Source: an uncultured Methanosarcinales archaeon
GTDB lineage: Archaea > Nanobdellota > Nanobdellia > Woesearchaeales > DATDXC01
DNA: 64,000 nt
Assembly: GCA_964510025.1 (NCBI GenBank)
Contig: CAZDZV010000006.1
Coordinates: 11,143-75,142, forward strand
Direction: 5' to 3'
A model generated the notes under the pieces. The model was not told the DNA's origin, did not search any database, and was given only the letters and a program-made list of their open reading frames with translations. The position numbers were made by a program, and so were the translations under genes. Positions within the stretch are counted from its first letter, which is position 1. The number at the start of each line of letters is the position of its first letter. Positions 46,230-55,579 of this stretch are shown here, one piece after another.

Positions 46230-46571
46230 TTTTCTCGTATATTTTATCGGATCCTTTTCCTTTAGGGTTTTTATTAGCTTGAAATAAGGGATAACCTCTG
46301 ATTCTATTTTTCTGAACAATCTCTCCCCCTTTGCAGTCAGCTTCAGCTCTTTGTTCTCATAGCTGACCAGTTTTTTTTTCTGCAGTATCTCTAGATTCTT
46401 ATATAATGCCCTCTCCTGTTTCTTCGCAATTTTAGCTTTCTTGACAATCTCAATAAAGCTGACCTTGTTAATCGAGACAACAAGGGGCCTGTCCTTTATC
46501 CTTTTATTGGCTTCCTGGAACCATTTGCCCAGTGCGTAAAGGATGTACTTTTGTACCTTGGTCATCTTCAT
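46209..46571 (-). CDS. small winged-helix DNA-binding protein
   Basis: 120 aa. ALYKNLEILQKKKLVSYENKELKLTAKGERL is wHTH-like. Convergent 21-nt overlap with the transferase gene. Confidence 0.45.
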   Translation of the reverse strand: MKMTKVQKYILYALGKWFQEANKRIKDRPLVVSINKVSFIEIVKKAKIAKKQERALYKNLEILQKKKLVSYENKELKLTAKGERLFRKIESEVIPYFKLIKTLKEKDPIKYTRKLQTVFK

Positions 46572-46608
46572 ATTTCTTCAATATTGAAACCAAGATATAA
46601 AAATATTG

Positions 46609-47019
46609 CTATTTTAGCCTTCTTATCATCTTAAGCGCAGATTCAACGCTTCTTTTTGCATAGCTTTCTATTCTCTTTATGCCGTCTGCCCGGGTCATCT
46701 TGGGTCCTGAAATTCCCAAAGACACCGGTTTGCCTGACTGTACGCTTATGTCTGCGATCTTTCTTGCTGCGTTATTGGCCACGATCTGATCATGGTCTGT
46801 ATCTCCCTCTACAACCGCGCCTAAGCAGACTACCCCGTCAATTTCTTTCCTCTTGACAAGCTTGCTTACCGCGAGGGGTATATCAAAAGCTCCTGGCACC
46901 CTTATTGTCTTGGCTGCCGTTGCTCCCAAAAATCCCGCATGCTCTTGTGCAATCTTGCTCATAAGATGGGTTATATCTGCGTTGTAGTCTGAGACCACAA
47001 ATCCTAGCTTTTCGTTCAT
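46609..47019 (-). CDS. ribH: 6,7-dimethyl-8-ribityllumazine synthase
   Basis: 136 aa. GFVVSDYNADITHLM, RVPGAFDIPLAV, DGVVCLGAVVEGDTDHD. Confidence 0.85.
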   Translation of the reverse strand: MNEKLGFVVSDYNADITHLMSKIAQEHAGFLGATAAKTIRVPGAFDIPLAVSKLVKRKEIDGVVCLGAVVEGDTDHDQIVANNAARKIADISVQSGKPVSLGISGPKMTRADGIKRIESYAKRSVESALKMIRRLK

Positions 47020-47540
47020 TTTTTTGCCTCCACCTGATCTCTGAATTTGATCAGGTACTTATCATAATCATAAACCCTTGCACCCCTGACCCCGAAGATA
47101 TATGCTAAATTCACTTTCAAGAAATCAGTGACGTCGAATCCATTTCCGTCCCATCGGGTGAAGTATCTTCCGTCACGATAATAGAAAGACGCATAGCCGG
47201 CTTGGGCCAGAGCAGCCAGATTGCCGGGTGTCAGGTCGGTATTTGGCTGGGAATATGCCCTTACTAGAGCCGTTAGCTCCGTTTGATACACTCCAATATC
47301 GGCCTTAGGTAGCATTTCTGAAATTGCCTTTCTTAAAGCTTTGCGCTTTCTTGTTCTAACCAAGTTAGTTGCCATTGTTCTTCTTTGTAAAAAGTCTGAA
47401 TCTCTAGGTACCGGCTGTCTTCCTGTTCTGTAGGCTCTTTCTTCCGAATATAGACTGTCTATGTCATATCTCGCTATCTCCCTTTCTGCTAAGAAATTCC
47501 TGTTTCGGATTCTTCCTGTCAGCAGCTGCATCCTGGTCAT
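47016..47540 (-). CDS. uncharacterised 174-aa protein embedded in the riboflavin operon
   Basis: ATGA overlaps at both ends (47016-47019 and 47537-47540). It is the only long frame in this 0.5-kb interval. Arg/Tyr-rich with no motif recognised. Confidence 0.55.
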   Translation of the reverse strand: MTRMQLLTGRIRNRNFLAEREIARYDIDSLYSEERAYRTGRQPVPRDSDFLQRRTMATNLVRTRKRKALRKAISEMLPKADIGVYQTELTALVRAYSQPNTDLTPGNLAALAQAGYASFYYRDGRYFTRWDGNGFDVTDFLKVNLAYIFGVRGARVYDYDKYLIKFRDQVEAKK

Positions 47541-48004
47541 CTGATTCCACCTGCATCTGATTTGCCCTGCCTGACGCCCTTGCCTGCCTTCATCTTTAGC
47601 TTGTCCTTTCCTGTTGCAAGCGCTATTGTATTCAAGGCATGGTCATAGGTCCGGTTGTAGACAATATCATAAAGTTCCTTGTCGCCCTGTGCCTCATCCA
47701 GGTGCACAAAAACCTCGATTATGTGCTTGTTGGCCAGAAGCTGGACAGTGATTATGCCCTGAGAAGCCTCATGCGCGCATGTCTTGTCAACTGGCTTATC
47801 CCCTGGCATCCCCAAAGCCATACATATATCGCAGCTATGCTCTTCAAAAAGCTTCTTGCATGCGACAGGCAGATCTTTAACGCCCGGTACAGTATACCTC
47901 TCAATCTTGATTCCGCTTAGCATACTATCGTCTACAGCCTTCCTCACTATATGGTACATGTCCACCCTGGCGAACATTGTATCTGCTATGCCTATCTTAA
48001 TCAT
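47537..48004 (-). CDS. ribC: archaeal-type riboflavin synthase
   Basis: 155 aa. MIKIGIADTMFARVDM... N-terminus. Size and layout resemble the MJ1184-type enzyme. Adjacent to ribH and rbkR. Confidence 0.75.
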   Translation of the reverse strand: MIKIGIADTMFARVDMYHIVRKAVDDSMLSGIKIERYTVPGVKDLPVACKKLFEEHSCDICMALGMPGDKPVDKTCAHEASQGIITVQLLANKHIIEVFVHLDEAQGDKELYDIVYNRTYDHALNTIALATGKDKLKMKAGKGVRQGKSDAGGIR

Positions 48005-48018
48005 GCTGCACCCCCAGA

Positions 48019-48657
48019 TTATTTCGTTATAATGACAGTATCACTTTCATTGATCTTTAGGTATTTTCTAAGATTAACAGGCGAGATTATCTCAATAATA
48101 TCCTCGCCATGCCTGGTTCTTTCAGGAACAACTATAGCTGCTTGTTTCCCCCCTAGCTTTATCTTGTAGCATTTCAATGAACCGAATGTCCTCTCTTTTG
48201 TTTTAAACCCTGATATTTTTATTTCTTCTAGGTCAGATAAAAACAACAAAAGCGATTCCTTGTCTATCTTGACATTTAGTGTGCCTGGATAGGCCTCAAA
48301 CCCGAGTCTGCTGTTGAACTGCCTCTGATAATTTAATTGGGATACATAATATGACCCTTCTCCTATTCCTGATTTCACAGAACCTTCTAAAGAATCTTTA
48401 GCATCAAATAATTTTCTTATCCTGCAATAGTGTTCTTTTAAGAAGCTCCTGCCTTTTTCATCAATATTTAATACAACACCACTTGTAGATGCTAGCCGTC
48501 TTATGAGCCCAGACTGCTCCATTTCCCGCAATTTTCTGCTTATGGACTGTTGGGATAAACCAAATTTTTTGGCTAACTTAATAGTGGATGTTTCAAACTT
48601 GCCAAAAAATCCGCCTTTTTTCGCGATATGGACTAGTAGCTCCAGATATTCATACAT
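48019..48657 (-). CDS. rbkR: RbkR-type fusion: winged-helix regulator + CTP-dependent riboflavin kinase
   Basis: 212 aa. HTH FGLSQQSISRKLREMEQSGLIRR. Kinase part YPGTLNVKI ... VPERTRHGEDIIEIISP. Confidence 0.75.
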   Translation of the reverse strand: MYEYLELLVHIAKKGGFFGKFETSTIKLAKKFGLSQQSISRKLREMEQSGLIRRLASTSGVVLNIDEKGRSFLKEHYCRIRKLFDAKDSLEGSVKSGIGEGSYYVSQLNYQRQFNSRLGFEAYPGTLNVKIDKESLLLFLSDLEEIKISGFKTKERTFGSLKCYKIKLGGKQAAIVVPERTRHGEDIIEIISPVNLRKYLKINESDTVIITK

Positions 48658-48675
48658 ATCTTATAGGAATAAGTA

Positions 48676-48703
48676 GATACTTATAAATTTTATGATACTT
48701 ATA
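48676..48703. promoter_or_regulatory. direct repeat GATACTTATA x2 in the rbkR/DUF460 divergent promoter region (candidate RbkR operator)
   Basis: Copies at 48676-48685 and 48694-48703, 18 bp apart, 19-46 nt upstream of the rbkR start (48657). Confidence 0.35.
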
Positions 48704-48762
48704 GATGAGTAATTAAAGATAAACAAAAAATATTATAAAACAAGCTGCAACATTGATCATAG

Positions 48763-49944
48763 ATGCAAAAAAAGCTGCTTATTGTTGGCATTGATCCTGG
48801 CACTACTCTAGCCTATGCAGCTATCGATACAGCGGGTAATCTGGTCAGAGTATTCTCAAAAAAAAATATTGATCTTAGCACCCTGATTGCTCACCTGATT
48901 GGTTTGGGCAAGCCGCTGGTTATTACCGGAGATAAAGAGCATACGCCGGAATTTGTGCAAAAGGTGGCTGTGAAGGTTGGTGCGAAGGTAGTGTCCCCAA
49001 GCTACGATCTCAAGGTAGAAGAGAAAAGGAGACTGGTAAAGGAATATGATACTAACAACCAGCATGAGATTGATGCCCTTGCATCTGCCTTCTTTGCTCT
49101 TAACAAGGTAAGCCCGTTGCTAAAAAAGATAGATATCTTCGTGAAACACTATGGCAAAGAGAAGATAAGGAACGAGCTTATAGAATTTGTGGTCGGAAAA
49201 GAGCTTAATATAAAAGATGCGGCCGATATCATCGAAGAGCCTGAAAAAGAGGAAGTGAAGATAATTAAGGATGTTGTTGATGAGAAAAAGTTGTCTGAAA
49301 AAGACTTCCTCCAGCTATACAGGAAATATAAGGATGCACTAGAAGATATTGAATTGCTGAGAAATCAGAATAACAAGCTAAGGGACAGGCTGAAACAGAT
49401 AAAGAAGGACTATACATATATGTTTCAGAAAGCCACAAGATCTCAGTTGGATGATAAGTTGCAGTCCTTATTGACCTTCAAGGAAAGAAGACTAAAGGTC
49501 TATGACAGCCAGATCAGGCAAAAGGAGAACGGAATAAAGGAAATGCAGGATGAGATAACTACCTTGATCTATTTCTTATCAAATGTAGGTTCAAATATCC
49601 TGTTGAAGAAATTAGACAATTTAGGTACCAAGGAATTTCAGAAAAAGGAGGAGATTCTGAATATATCCGAAGGTGATGTCCTGCTGGTTAAAGACCCGGA
49701 CATAATAAGCGACAGCGTGGTTGACAAAATAAGAGATAAGGTAAACTATATATTCTATAAGAAAAAGGTCAGTAGGAAAATAAAGGAAAAGCTGCCTTTT
49801 GTTTTTATTGACTCGGGGAAAATCAGGATCGAGGAAAACAGTTATTTTGCTATCACCGACAAAGACAGGTTTAATGCGCTAAAAGGCGATCAGGACCTGA
49901 TAAAGGATATTGTCAACAACTATCAGAAAAGCAGAAAAGTCTAA
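48763..49944 (+). CDS. DUF460 / COG2433-like protein (RNase-H-fold N-terminus + long coiled coil)
   Basis: 393 aa. LLIVGIDPGTTLAYAAIDTAGNLV is a RuvC/YqgF-like start. Central K/E-rich coiled coil. Confidence 0.55.
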   Translation: MQKKLLIVGIDPGTTLAYAAIDTAGNLVRVFSKKNIDLSTLIAHLIGLGKPLVITGDKEHTPEFVQKVAVKVGAKVVSPSYDLKVEEKRRLVKEYDTNNQHEIDALASAFFALNKVSPLLKKIDIFVKHYGKEKIRNELIEFVVGKELNIKDAADIIEEPEKEEVKIIKDVVDEKKLSEKDFLQLYRKYKDALEDIELLRNQNNKLRDRLKQIKKDYTYMFQKATRSQLDDKLQSLLTFKERRLKVYDSQIRQKENGIKEMQDEITTLIYFLSNVGSNILLKKLDNLGTKEFQKKEEILNISEGDVLLVKDPDIISDSVVDKIRDKVNYIFYKKKVSRKIKEKLPFVFIDSGKIRIEENSYFAITDKDRFNALKGDQDLIKDIVNNYQKSRKV

Positions 49945-50240
49945 TAAAAACGGAACAAGACAGTTACTCTATATACTTGCCTGCTGGTAAGCCTGTTCTT
50001 TGAATGCAGTCTTCTCGAAATCTTCAGCTCTCCTTTAAAGCTTTTCTTCAGCTTCTTGCCCAGGGAAAGCAGAAATCTGTTCGAAGATATATAATAGTCC
50101 ACCCCTGTCTTCAGCTTCTCAACCTTGGCAATCCATGCTTTCTCGTTGTTCTTAAATTGGTTTTTGATAAACCTGAATGCTTCTTCATCAGGATTTCTTA
50201 GCTGCAGTATTCCCTCAAAATATTGCGGATTTTTTTCCAT
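49941..50240 (-). CDS. small NMD3-like domain protein
   Basis: 99 aa. YFEGILQLRNPDEE...WIAKVEKLKTGVDYYISS resembles the central part of NMD3-family proteins. Much shorter than canonical NMD3. Confidence 0.35.
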   Translation of the reverse strand: MEKNPQYFEGILQLRNPDEEAFRFIKNQFKNNEKAWIAKVEKLKTGVDYYISSNRFLLSLGKKLKKSFKGELKISRRLHSKNRLTSRQVYRVTVLFRFY

Positions 50241-50340
50241 GATATTGTTGATATATCTTTTTTTAAATAACTATCTATATTTTTAACTGAATCTCCCTAA
50301 ATAGAAAGCTTTTTATTTAGGCCGTGAACCAATCATAAGG

Positions 50341-50946
50341 ATGGGCAAAAAAAATAATTTTTTAAAAGGTGTCAAAAAAACCTGGAAGTTTATATGGGAG
50401 GATGACAGTCTCCTGAGCTGGATTCTGAACATAATCCTGGCCTTTGTACTCATCAAGTTTATTGTGTATCCCGGCCTGGGTTTTGTTCTTTCGACATCTC
50501 ATCCTATTGTTGCTGTTGTTTCAGGATCTATGGAACATGACCAGGCTTTTGACGGTTGGTGGGAATCAAATGGGGAATGGTATGTTAGTGCTGGGATCAC
50601 CAAAGAGCAGTTTGCAGGTTTCGATTTTCAAGATGGCTTTAATAAAGGCGACATAATGATACTTAGGGGCATAAAAACAAAAGATATAAAAATAGGGGAA
50701 GTGATTGTTTTTGAGAGCAAAAGACCTGACCCCATAATACATAGGGTAGTGAAGAAATGGGAGCAGGATAATGATTACCTGTTTCAGACAAAAGGGGATA
50801 ATAATATCGGCTCTATAAAATCGCCGTATCTGGATGAGACAACTATCGGAGAAGAACGGATCATCGGTAAGGCAGTATTTCGGGTTCCCCTGCTAGGCTA
50901 TATCAAGATATGGTTTGTGGAGCTTATCCAGTTGTTTACAAGGTGA
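50341..50946 (+). CDS. archaeal/ER-type signal peptidase I (S26B)
   Basis: 201 aa. TM anchor, SGSMEH (Ser box), IIHRVV (His box) and GDNN. Confidence 0.75.
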   Translation: MGKKNNFLKGVKKTWKFIWEDDSLLSWILNIILAFVLIKFIVYPGLGFVLSTSHPIVAVVSGSMEHDQAFDGWWESNGEWYVSAGITKEQFAGFDFQDGFNKGDIMILRGIKTKDIKIGEVIVFESKRPDPIIHRVVKKWEQDNDYLFQTKGDNNIGSIKSPYLDETTIGEERIIGKAVFRVPLLGYIKIWFVELIQLFTR

Positions 50947-50950
50947 GAAT

Positions 50951-51271
50951 ATGTTTTGTCCAAAATGCGGTTCAATATTGGTGCCAAAAAAAGAAGGTAA
51001 AAAGACAGTAGTTAAGTGCTCCTGCGGCTATAAGGCAAAAAACCAGGAATCTACCATAATCCGTGAGGAGGTGGTGGATAATACTAAAGAAGTAGAGCTT
51101 ATTGATGATGATAAAAGCCTTGAGACCCTGCCTAAGATGAAGGCAGAATGCCCAAAATGCCAGAACAATGAGGCTTATTTCTGGGAAGTGCAGACCAGAG
51201 CTTCAGATGAGCCCGCAACCAAATTTCTTAAGTGCACGAAATGCAAGCATGTGTGGCGGGACTATAATTAA
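50951..51271 (+). CDS. tfs: transcription factor S (TFS / RpoM-like)
   Basis: ATG 50951 follows aggtga. N-terminal Zn ribbon CPKCGS...CSCGY. C-terminal CPKCQNNEAYFWEVQTRASDEPATKFLKCTKCKHVWR with the acidic DE loop. Confidence 0.85.
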   Translation: MFCPKCGSILVPKKEGKKTVVKCSCGYKAKNQESTIIREEVVDNTKEVELIDDDKSLETLPKMKAECPKCQNNEAYFWEVQTRASDEPATKFLKCTKCKHVWRDYN

Positions 51272-51813
51272 AGTATATAAGGGTTATTTCTAGCTTGCTC
51301 GAGAACACCTACTAGCTGCACCAGGCCCTCAGCTCCTGGAAACCCATTGCCTATATAGCCTCTTGCTCTAAGAATATCGCATGCGTCCCTGAATTCGTCC
51401 CCGCCGCCTGTCACCATCACAACAGCAATACGTTGGGTAGCAGCATCTCTCCCAAGCAAAGCCAGGGTTTCAATGCCTGATTCATCATGAGAATAAGACA
51501 GGGTGTTTCCTGTTCTTGGATGTACAATCTGGATTCTCCTGCTATCAACAGGCTCTCCTTGAACTAATCTTTTTGTGCTATAATTTACAGCTAAGAAAAC
51601 CATCAGTGGATCTAGTTCCCTTACCCTATCAGCTACAGACTCAGGGGTTGTTTCGGCTGAAACAGCTTCTGCAACAGCATCATAACCAGCATCCTTCAGC
51701 GTACTTATGTAAAGATCCGCTAACTCAGTTCTAGGATGAAACACTGCAATCTTATTTGGCATACAGGATATGTATAAAGCTTTACTATATAAATGTTTGT
51801 ATTTAGTTATCAC
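51268..51813 (-). CDS. hypothetical alpha/beta (flavodoxin/receiver-like?) protein, GC-rich relative to neighbours
   Basis: The ORF track starts at GTG 51813 and an in-frame ATG lies at 51762 (MPNKIAVFH...), so the start is unresolved. The stop forms TTAA with the convergent tfs stop. Confidence 0.4.
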   Translation of the reverse strand: MITKYKHLYSKALYISCMPNKIAVFHPRTELADLYISTLKDAGYDAVAEAVSAETTPESVADRVRELDPLMVFLAVNYSTKRLVQGEPVDSRRIQIVHPRTGNTLSYSHDESGIETLALLGRDAATQRIAVVMVTGGGDEFRDACDILRARGYIGNGFPGAEGLVQLVGVLEQARNNPYIL

Positions 51814-52036
51814 TTTTAAGTGATGACTGCCCTACAAACCTAGAATTCTGCAATTTTAGGCTTTAATGCGTCTTTCATGCAAGACATGAATAACGACTCT
51901 GTGCTTCTCTTTGATCGGCCCACATCGGCTTTCTATTTTCATTGAGCCCATTTTATTTATATATAGGCAAGATAATGCTTTGATAATATATAAAAGCTGT
52001 GTTTATTTTGGGGAATTTGTGAGTCGACAAATCCCT

Positions 52037-52966
52037 CTAAATTATGATGTCTTTTAGGATTCCTTGTTTTACTAATTCGATATTTATCAAGTAATCATTA
52101 TGCAGAAAAGTTTCAAATAATGATTTCTTTGTTGTTTTCCATCCAAGACCATCGGTAATCCAAATTAAGTCGATTCCTTGTTTTCTTAAGAAGTCTGATA
52201 AGTACTGATATTCACCAGCTGTTGACTTTAATTTTGACCCACCGCCACTATAATAATTGGTTTCAATTACAAAAATCTTATTTTTTGATTTCTCAAATAC
52301 TGCAAAATCAAATATTCGATTGGTTTTATCAAGTTCAATATCAAAATTCCATTTCTCCTTGATCTTTTTTTGTGTTGCTTGCGGAATGTAGTCCAAGTTA
52401 TTTTTCTCTGAGAATTTCAGTATTATCTTCTCAACAATGCTCTCCATTGATTGACCTGTACGGTTTTTTCTTGCATTTGTATCCATTCCTACTTCGACAC
52501 CAAAGCAATAGTCAACAATATTCTTAACATTTTTATCTTTGAATATACTTTTTAATCCCGATTCCTTAAAGAAAATTAGTATGTCTTCTCTTATATCTGA
52601 AGTAAGCTCAACATCAGGATTAAATAATTCCAGTTTACTACCAGACTTTAGCTCTTCAAAATCATCAATGATGTTTACTGCCTTTAATTTGCTTTTTCTG
52701 ATAGCAATGAGAATTGGAAGAACCTTTCTTACATTTGGATATTCAGTAATAAGTTCAATGAATTCTTTTTCTATATCGCTTTTTCCAATTAACACATTAA
52801 GAAGATTTAGCTCTTTTTCAATTAAGTGAGTGTTATTCTTAACTTTCTCAAAATCAACAAAATAATCCCATGTAAATATGGAATCTGTCAAAGTTTGTAC
52901 AAGATAGTCAAATATCCCTTTCTCATCTTTTAGGTTTAATTTTTCATATGTTTGTAAGTATTTCAT
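52037..52966 (-). CDS. type II restriction endonuclease, DpnII/MboI family (GATC)
   Basis: 309 aa. FTWDYFVDFEKVKNN...ELNLLNVLIGK matches the DpnII-family N-terminus as I recall it. ggtga SD. Last gene of the methylase operon. Confidence 0.7.
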   Translation of the reverse strand: MKYLQTYEKLNLKDEKGIFDYLVQTLTDSIFTWDYFVDFEKVKNNTHLIEKELNLLNVLIGKSDIEKEFIELITEYPNVRKVLPILIAIRKSKLKAVNIIDDFEELKSGSKLELFNPDVELTSDIREDILIFFKESGLKSIFKDKNVKNIVDYCFGVEVGMDTNARKNRTGQSMESIVEKIILKFSEKNNLDYIPQATQKKIKEKWNFDIELDKTNRIFDFAVFEKSKNKIFVIETNYYSGGGSKLKSTAGEYQYLSDFLRKQGIDLIWITDGLGWKTTKKSLFETFLHNDYLINIELVKQGILKDIII

Positions 52967-52975
52967 TTCTTCACC

Positions 52976-53809
52976 TTAATAGTTTGTAACGACAACTTCA
53001 TTTATCTTTCCCCTTTTGTCCCCATTACAATTGATCATTCTTGTTGCCTGAACAAAATGGATTTCATAATTAGGATATAATTCTTTAATAAATTTTGTAT
53101 CGCTATTGCTTAACATCACAAGGCAACCATTATCATCCAGTTTTTTGAATACTTCAGCAAGCTGTTTCTGCTCTTCTTCTAAAAATGTGTCTTTTGTGTA
53201 GGTTGTAAAACTCTTTCCTTTTTTAAGTGGATAATAAGGAGGATCAAAATAAATAAAGTCTCCTTTATTTGCTAGATTAACAACCTTTTCGAAAGACATT
53301 ACTTTAATCGTAACATTTTTCAATAATTCTGAAACTAGTCTTAATCTATCTTCTTGGACAATATCTGGATTTTTGTAGGAACCCATCGGAACGTTGAATT
53401 TTCCCTTTGAGTTTACTCTATATAGTCCATTGAAGCAAGTCTTATTTAAATAAATGAATCGTGCTGCTCTTTCAAGAGAAGGTAATTCTTTTGGATTTGT
53501 TGCACGAATTGTTAAATAATATTTTTTGCCTTCAACCATATGATATTCCTTATGCTGTTTTAATTCAATTATTAATCTCTCTACATCACCCCTTATGGTT
53601 TCGTAAGCATTGATTAATTCTTCATTTATGTCTGAAATAATAATTTCAGAAGGATTAAACTTTTGAATTATATAGAAGAAAACTGCTCCGCTACCAACAA
53701 AAGGCTCTAAATAGCGATTAAACTTCTTTGGAAATAATGGCTCAAACTGTTCTAAAAGTTGACCTTTACCGCCTGCCCATTTAACAAATTTGGGGATTTG
53801 GATATTCAT
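52976..53809 (-). CDS. dam: Dam-family N6-adenine DNA methyltransferase (GATC; DpnM-like)
   Basis: 277 aa. KWAGGKGQLL, EPFVGSGAVFF (motif I) and FDPPYYP (motif IV). The start overlaps the OLD stop (ATGA). Confidence 0.9.
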   Translation of the reverse strand: MNIQIPKFVKWAGGKGQLLEQFEPLFPKKFNRYLEPFVGSGAVFFYIIQKFNPSEIIISDINEELINAYETIRGDVERLIIELKQHKEYHMVEGKKYYLTIRATNPKELPSLERAARFIYLNKTCFNGLYRVNSKGKFNVPMGSYKNPDIVQEDRLRLVSELLKNVTIKVMSFEKVVNLANKGDFIYFDPPYYPLKKGKSFTTYTKDTFLEEEQKQLAEVFKKLDDNGCLVMLSNSDTKFIKELYPNYEIHFVQATRMINCNGDKRGKINEVVVTNY

Positions 53810-55563
53810 TTTTTATTCTCCACCAATTCAGAAACAAATACTTTTAAATTGTCTGTTACCAAATAACTTTTTTCTAATAATTTTTCACATATCATCTTAC
53901 AAATATACTTTTTCAACCCTTCATCACAGAAATTAATCACTTCTTTATCTGAATTTTTACTTTTTATCTTTTCAGTTGCAAAATTCAAAATTTCACTATT
54001 ATTATATGCCTGATTTGTTCTTTCCTTAAATTCATCATAAGCCATAATAGTATAGTGGTTTCTTTTATCTTTTAAAAATTCATTAATTGTTTCTAAAATT
54101 AATTTTGGTTCAAAAATATCTTCAATCTCAAAATTAGCTACATTATTTTCATAATTATCAAAACGCTTAACATATTTACATTCTACACTAAAACAGTTAT
54201 ATGTTTTTGACTTTATTTGTTGAAATATACTTTTTCCAGCTGTATCAAAATCAAAAAGTGCGATAATTTTTGGCTTAAAAGATAGATTATTGCAAAACAA
54301 TTCTAGAAATTGTAGGTAACCTTTATATTTATCAACCCCTCCTGCAACAAGAATATTAGGTTTGATAATTTTTAGTTGTTCAAATAATGCAAATAAATAA
54401 TCTTTATCTTCCTGTCCTTCCACCAATAGATTGAAAGGCAAGATCTCCCAAGAATCATTCTTAGAAATTCCTAGGTGCTCTTTGACCATGTACACTTTTT
54501 CAATACCTGCAGCATTATTTATTCTTGTATTTACTTCATAGAATTTCTCGTCTTTTTTCCTGATGTATTCTTTTAATTGTATATCTGCTTCTAGCAAAAC
54601 TACTTCTTCCACTTTCTCAAGCCGTATAAAATTTGGAGAATGTGTATTAATAATGGTTTGATATTTTTTTGAAAGTTGAAACAAGATATCACTTACCCTT
54701 TTCTGAAGTGATGGTTGAAGAAATGCTTCTGGCTCGTCAAACCCCCAGATAATCTCTTTTCCAGTTTTATCAGATATATATTCGATTAAAGAGTATAAAA
54801 CAATTCTCTGAATTCCGCTCCCTTTTGTTTCAATTTTGTTTGAATTGCTATCAATCAGAGTAAAATCAATTAAATCAGATAAAACTTCTCGTAAGTTAAT
54901 GTATTTTGGGAATAGAATTTCTGCCCTCCATAATGAATTATCTATCCCATTAATTCCATTTGTATATTTTTTGATATTTTCAGTAAGTTCTTTTTTTATT
55001 TCTACTAATGCCTTTTCAGATTCTTCAATAAAAGTATTCAAATGTTCCATTGGTTTTGTTTTTCTTTTTCTCAGATTATCCAGGGGAGTTAATAATTCAT
55101 TACTAACAAACCTTGCAATCTCTTTAGAAGTGTCAATATTACTAGCTTCGACCATAATAAATTGATATTTATTTAGAACATTTTTACAATCTTTATCGCT
55201 CATTAGGGTTTCTTGTTTACCTTTTACTTTTATTTTGCCCTCTATCGTTAATGATTTGATTCCCTTTTTCTGCTCTTTATATGTTGTAGAAATAGTAATT
55301 CTATCTTGATTTTTATTAACAAATTCAGCTGTGATTTTTGTTCTGAATCCTGCTCCTCTTTTTCCATAGTAGATATGATGAGGAATATCCTCGTTAGCAT
55401 TAAATTTATTTTCGTCTAACGAGAAGAACAAATTTATAGCTCGTAATACATTTGTTTTACCAACATTATTTGAACCACAAATGATTTTATAGTTATCATT
55501 AGAGAAATCAATCTTTAACTTACTTATTGATCTGTAATTACTTATACTTATTTTCTTTAACAT
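53806..55563 (-). CDS. OLD-family nuclease: ABC-type ATPase + C-terminal TOPRIM
   Basis: 585 aa. Walker A GSNNVGKTN, signature-like KGSGIQR, Walker B IIWGFDEPEAFLQP and THSPNF. TOPRIM residues LLVEGQEDKDYL and ALFDFDTAG. Confidence 0.75.
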   Translation of the reverse strand: MLKKISISNYRSISKLKIDFSNDNYKIICGSNNVGKTNVLRAINLFFSLDENKFNANEDIPHHIYYGKRGAGFRTKITAEFVNKNQDRITISTTYKEQKKGIKSLTIEGKIKVKGKQETLMSDKDCKNVLNKYQFIMVEASNIDTSKEIARFVSNELLTPLDNLRKRKTKPMEHLNTFIEESEKALVEIKKELTENIKKYTNGINGIDNSLWRAEILFPKYINLREVLSDLIDFTLIDSNSNKIETKGSGIQRIVLYSLIEYISDKTGKEIIWGFDEPEAFLQPSLQKRVSDILFQLSKKYQTIINTHSPNFIRLEKVEEVVLLEADIQLKEYIRKKDEKFYEVNTRINNAAGIEKVYMVKEHLGISKNDSWEILPFNLLVEGQEDKDYLFALFEQLKIIKPNILVAGGVDKYKGYLQFLELFCNNLSFKPKIIALFDFDTAGKSIFQQIKSKTYNCFSVECKYVKRFDNYENNVANFEIEDIFEPKLILETINEFLKDKRNHYTIMAYDEFKERTNQAYNNSEILNFATEKIKSKNSDKEVINFCDEGLKKYICKMICEKLLEKSYLVTDNLKVFVSELVENKK

Positions 55564-55579
55564 TATTTCCCCAGTATAG

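Noticed and set aside
51773-51783. AAAGCTTTATA box on the minus strand as the promoter for an ATG-51762 start of the 181-aa ORF.
   Set aside because: The box ends only about 10 nt from that ATG. The usual archaeal TATA-to-start distance of about 25 nt would put the transcript start inside the ORF. The start codon is therefore left unresolved.
51814-52036. tRNA gene or tRNA fragment as the integration target at the island's left border, and likewise at 59382-59507.
   Set aside because: I saw no cloverleaf-compatible sequence and no T-arm GGTTC(G/A)A(A/T)TCC-type box on either strand. Only short palindromes are present.
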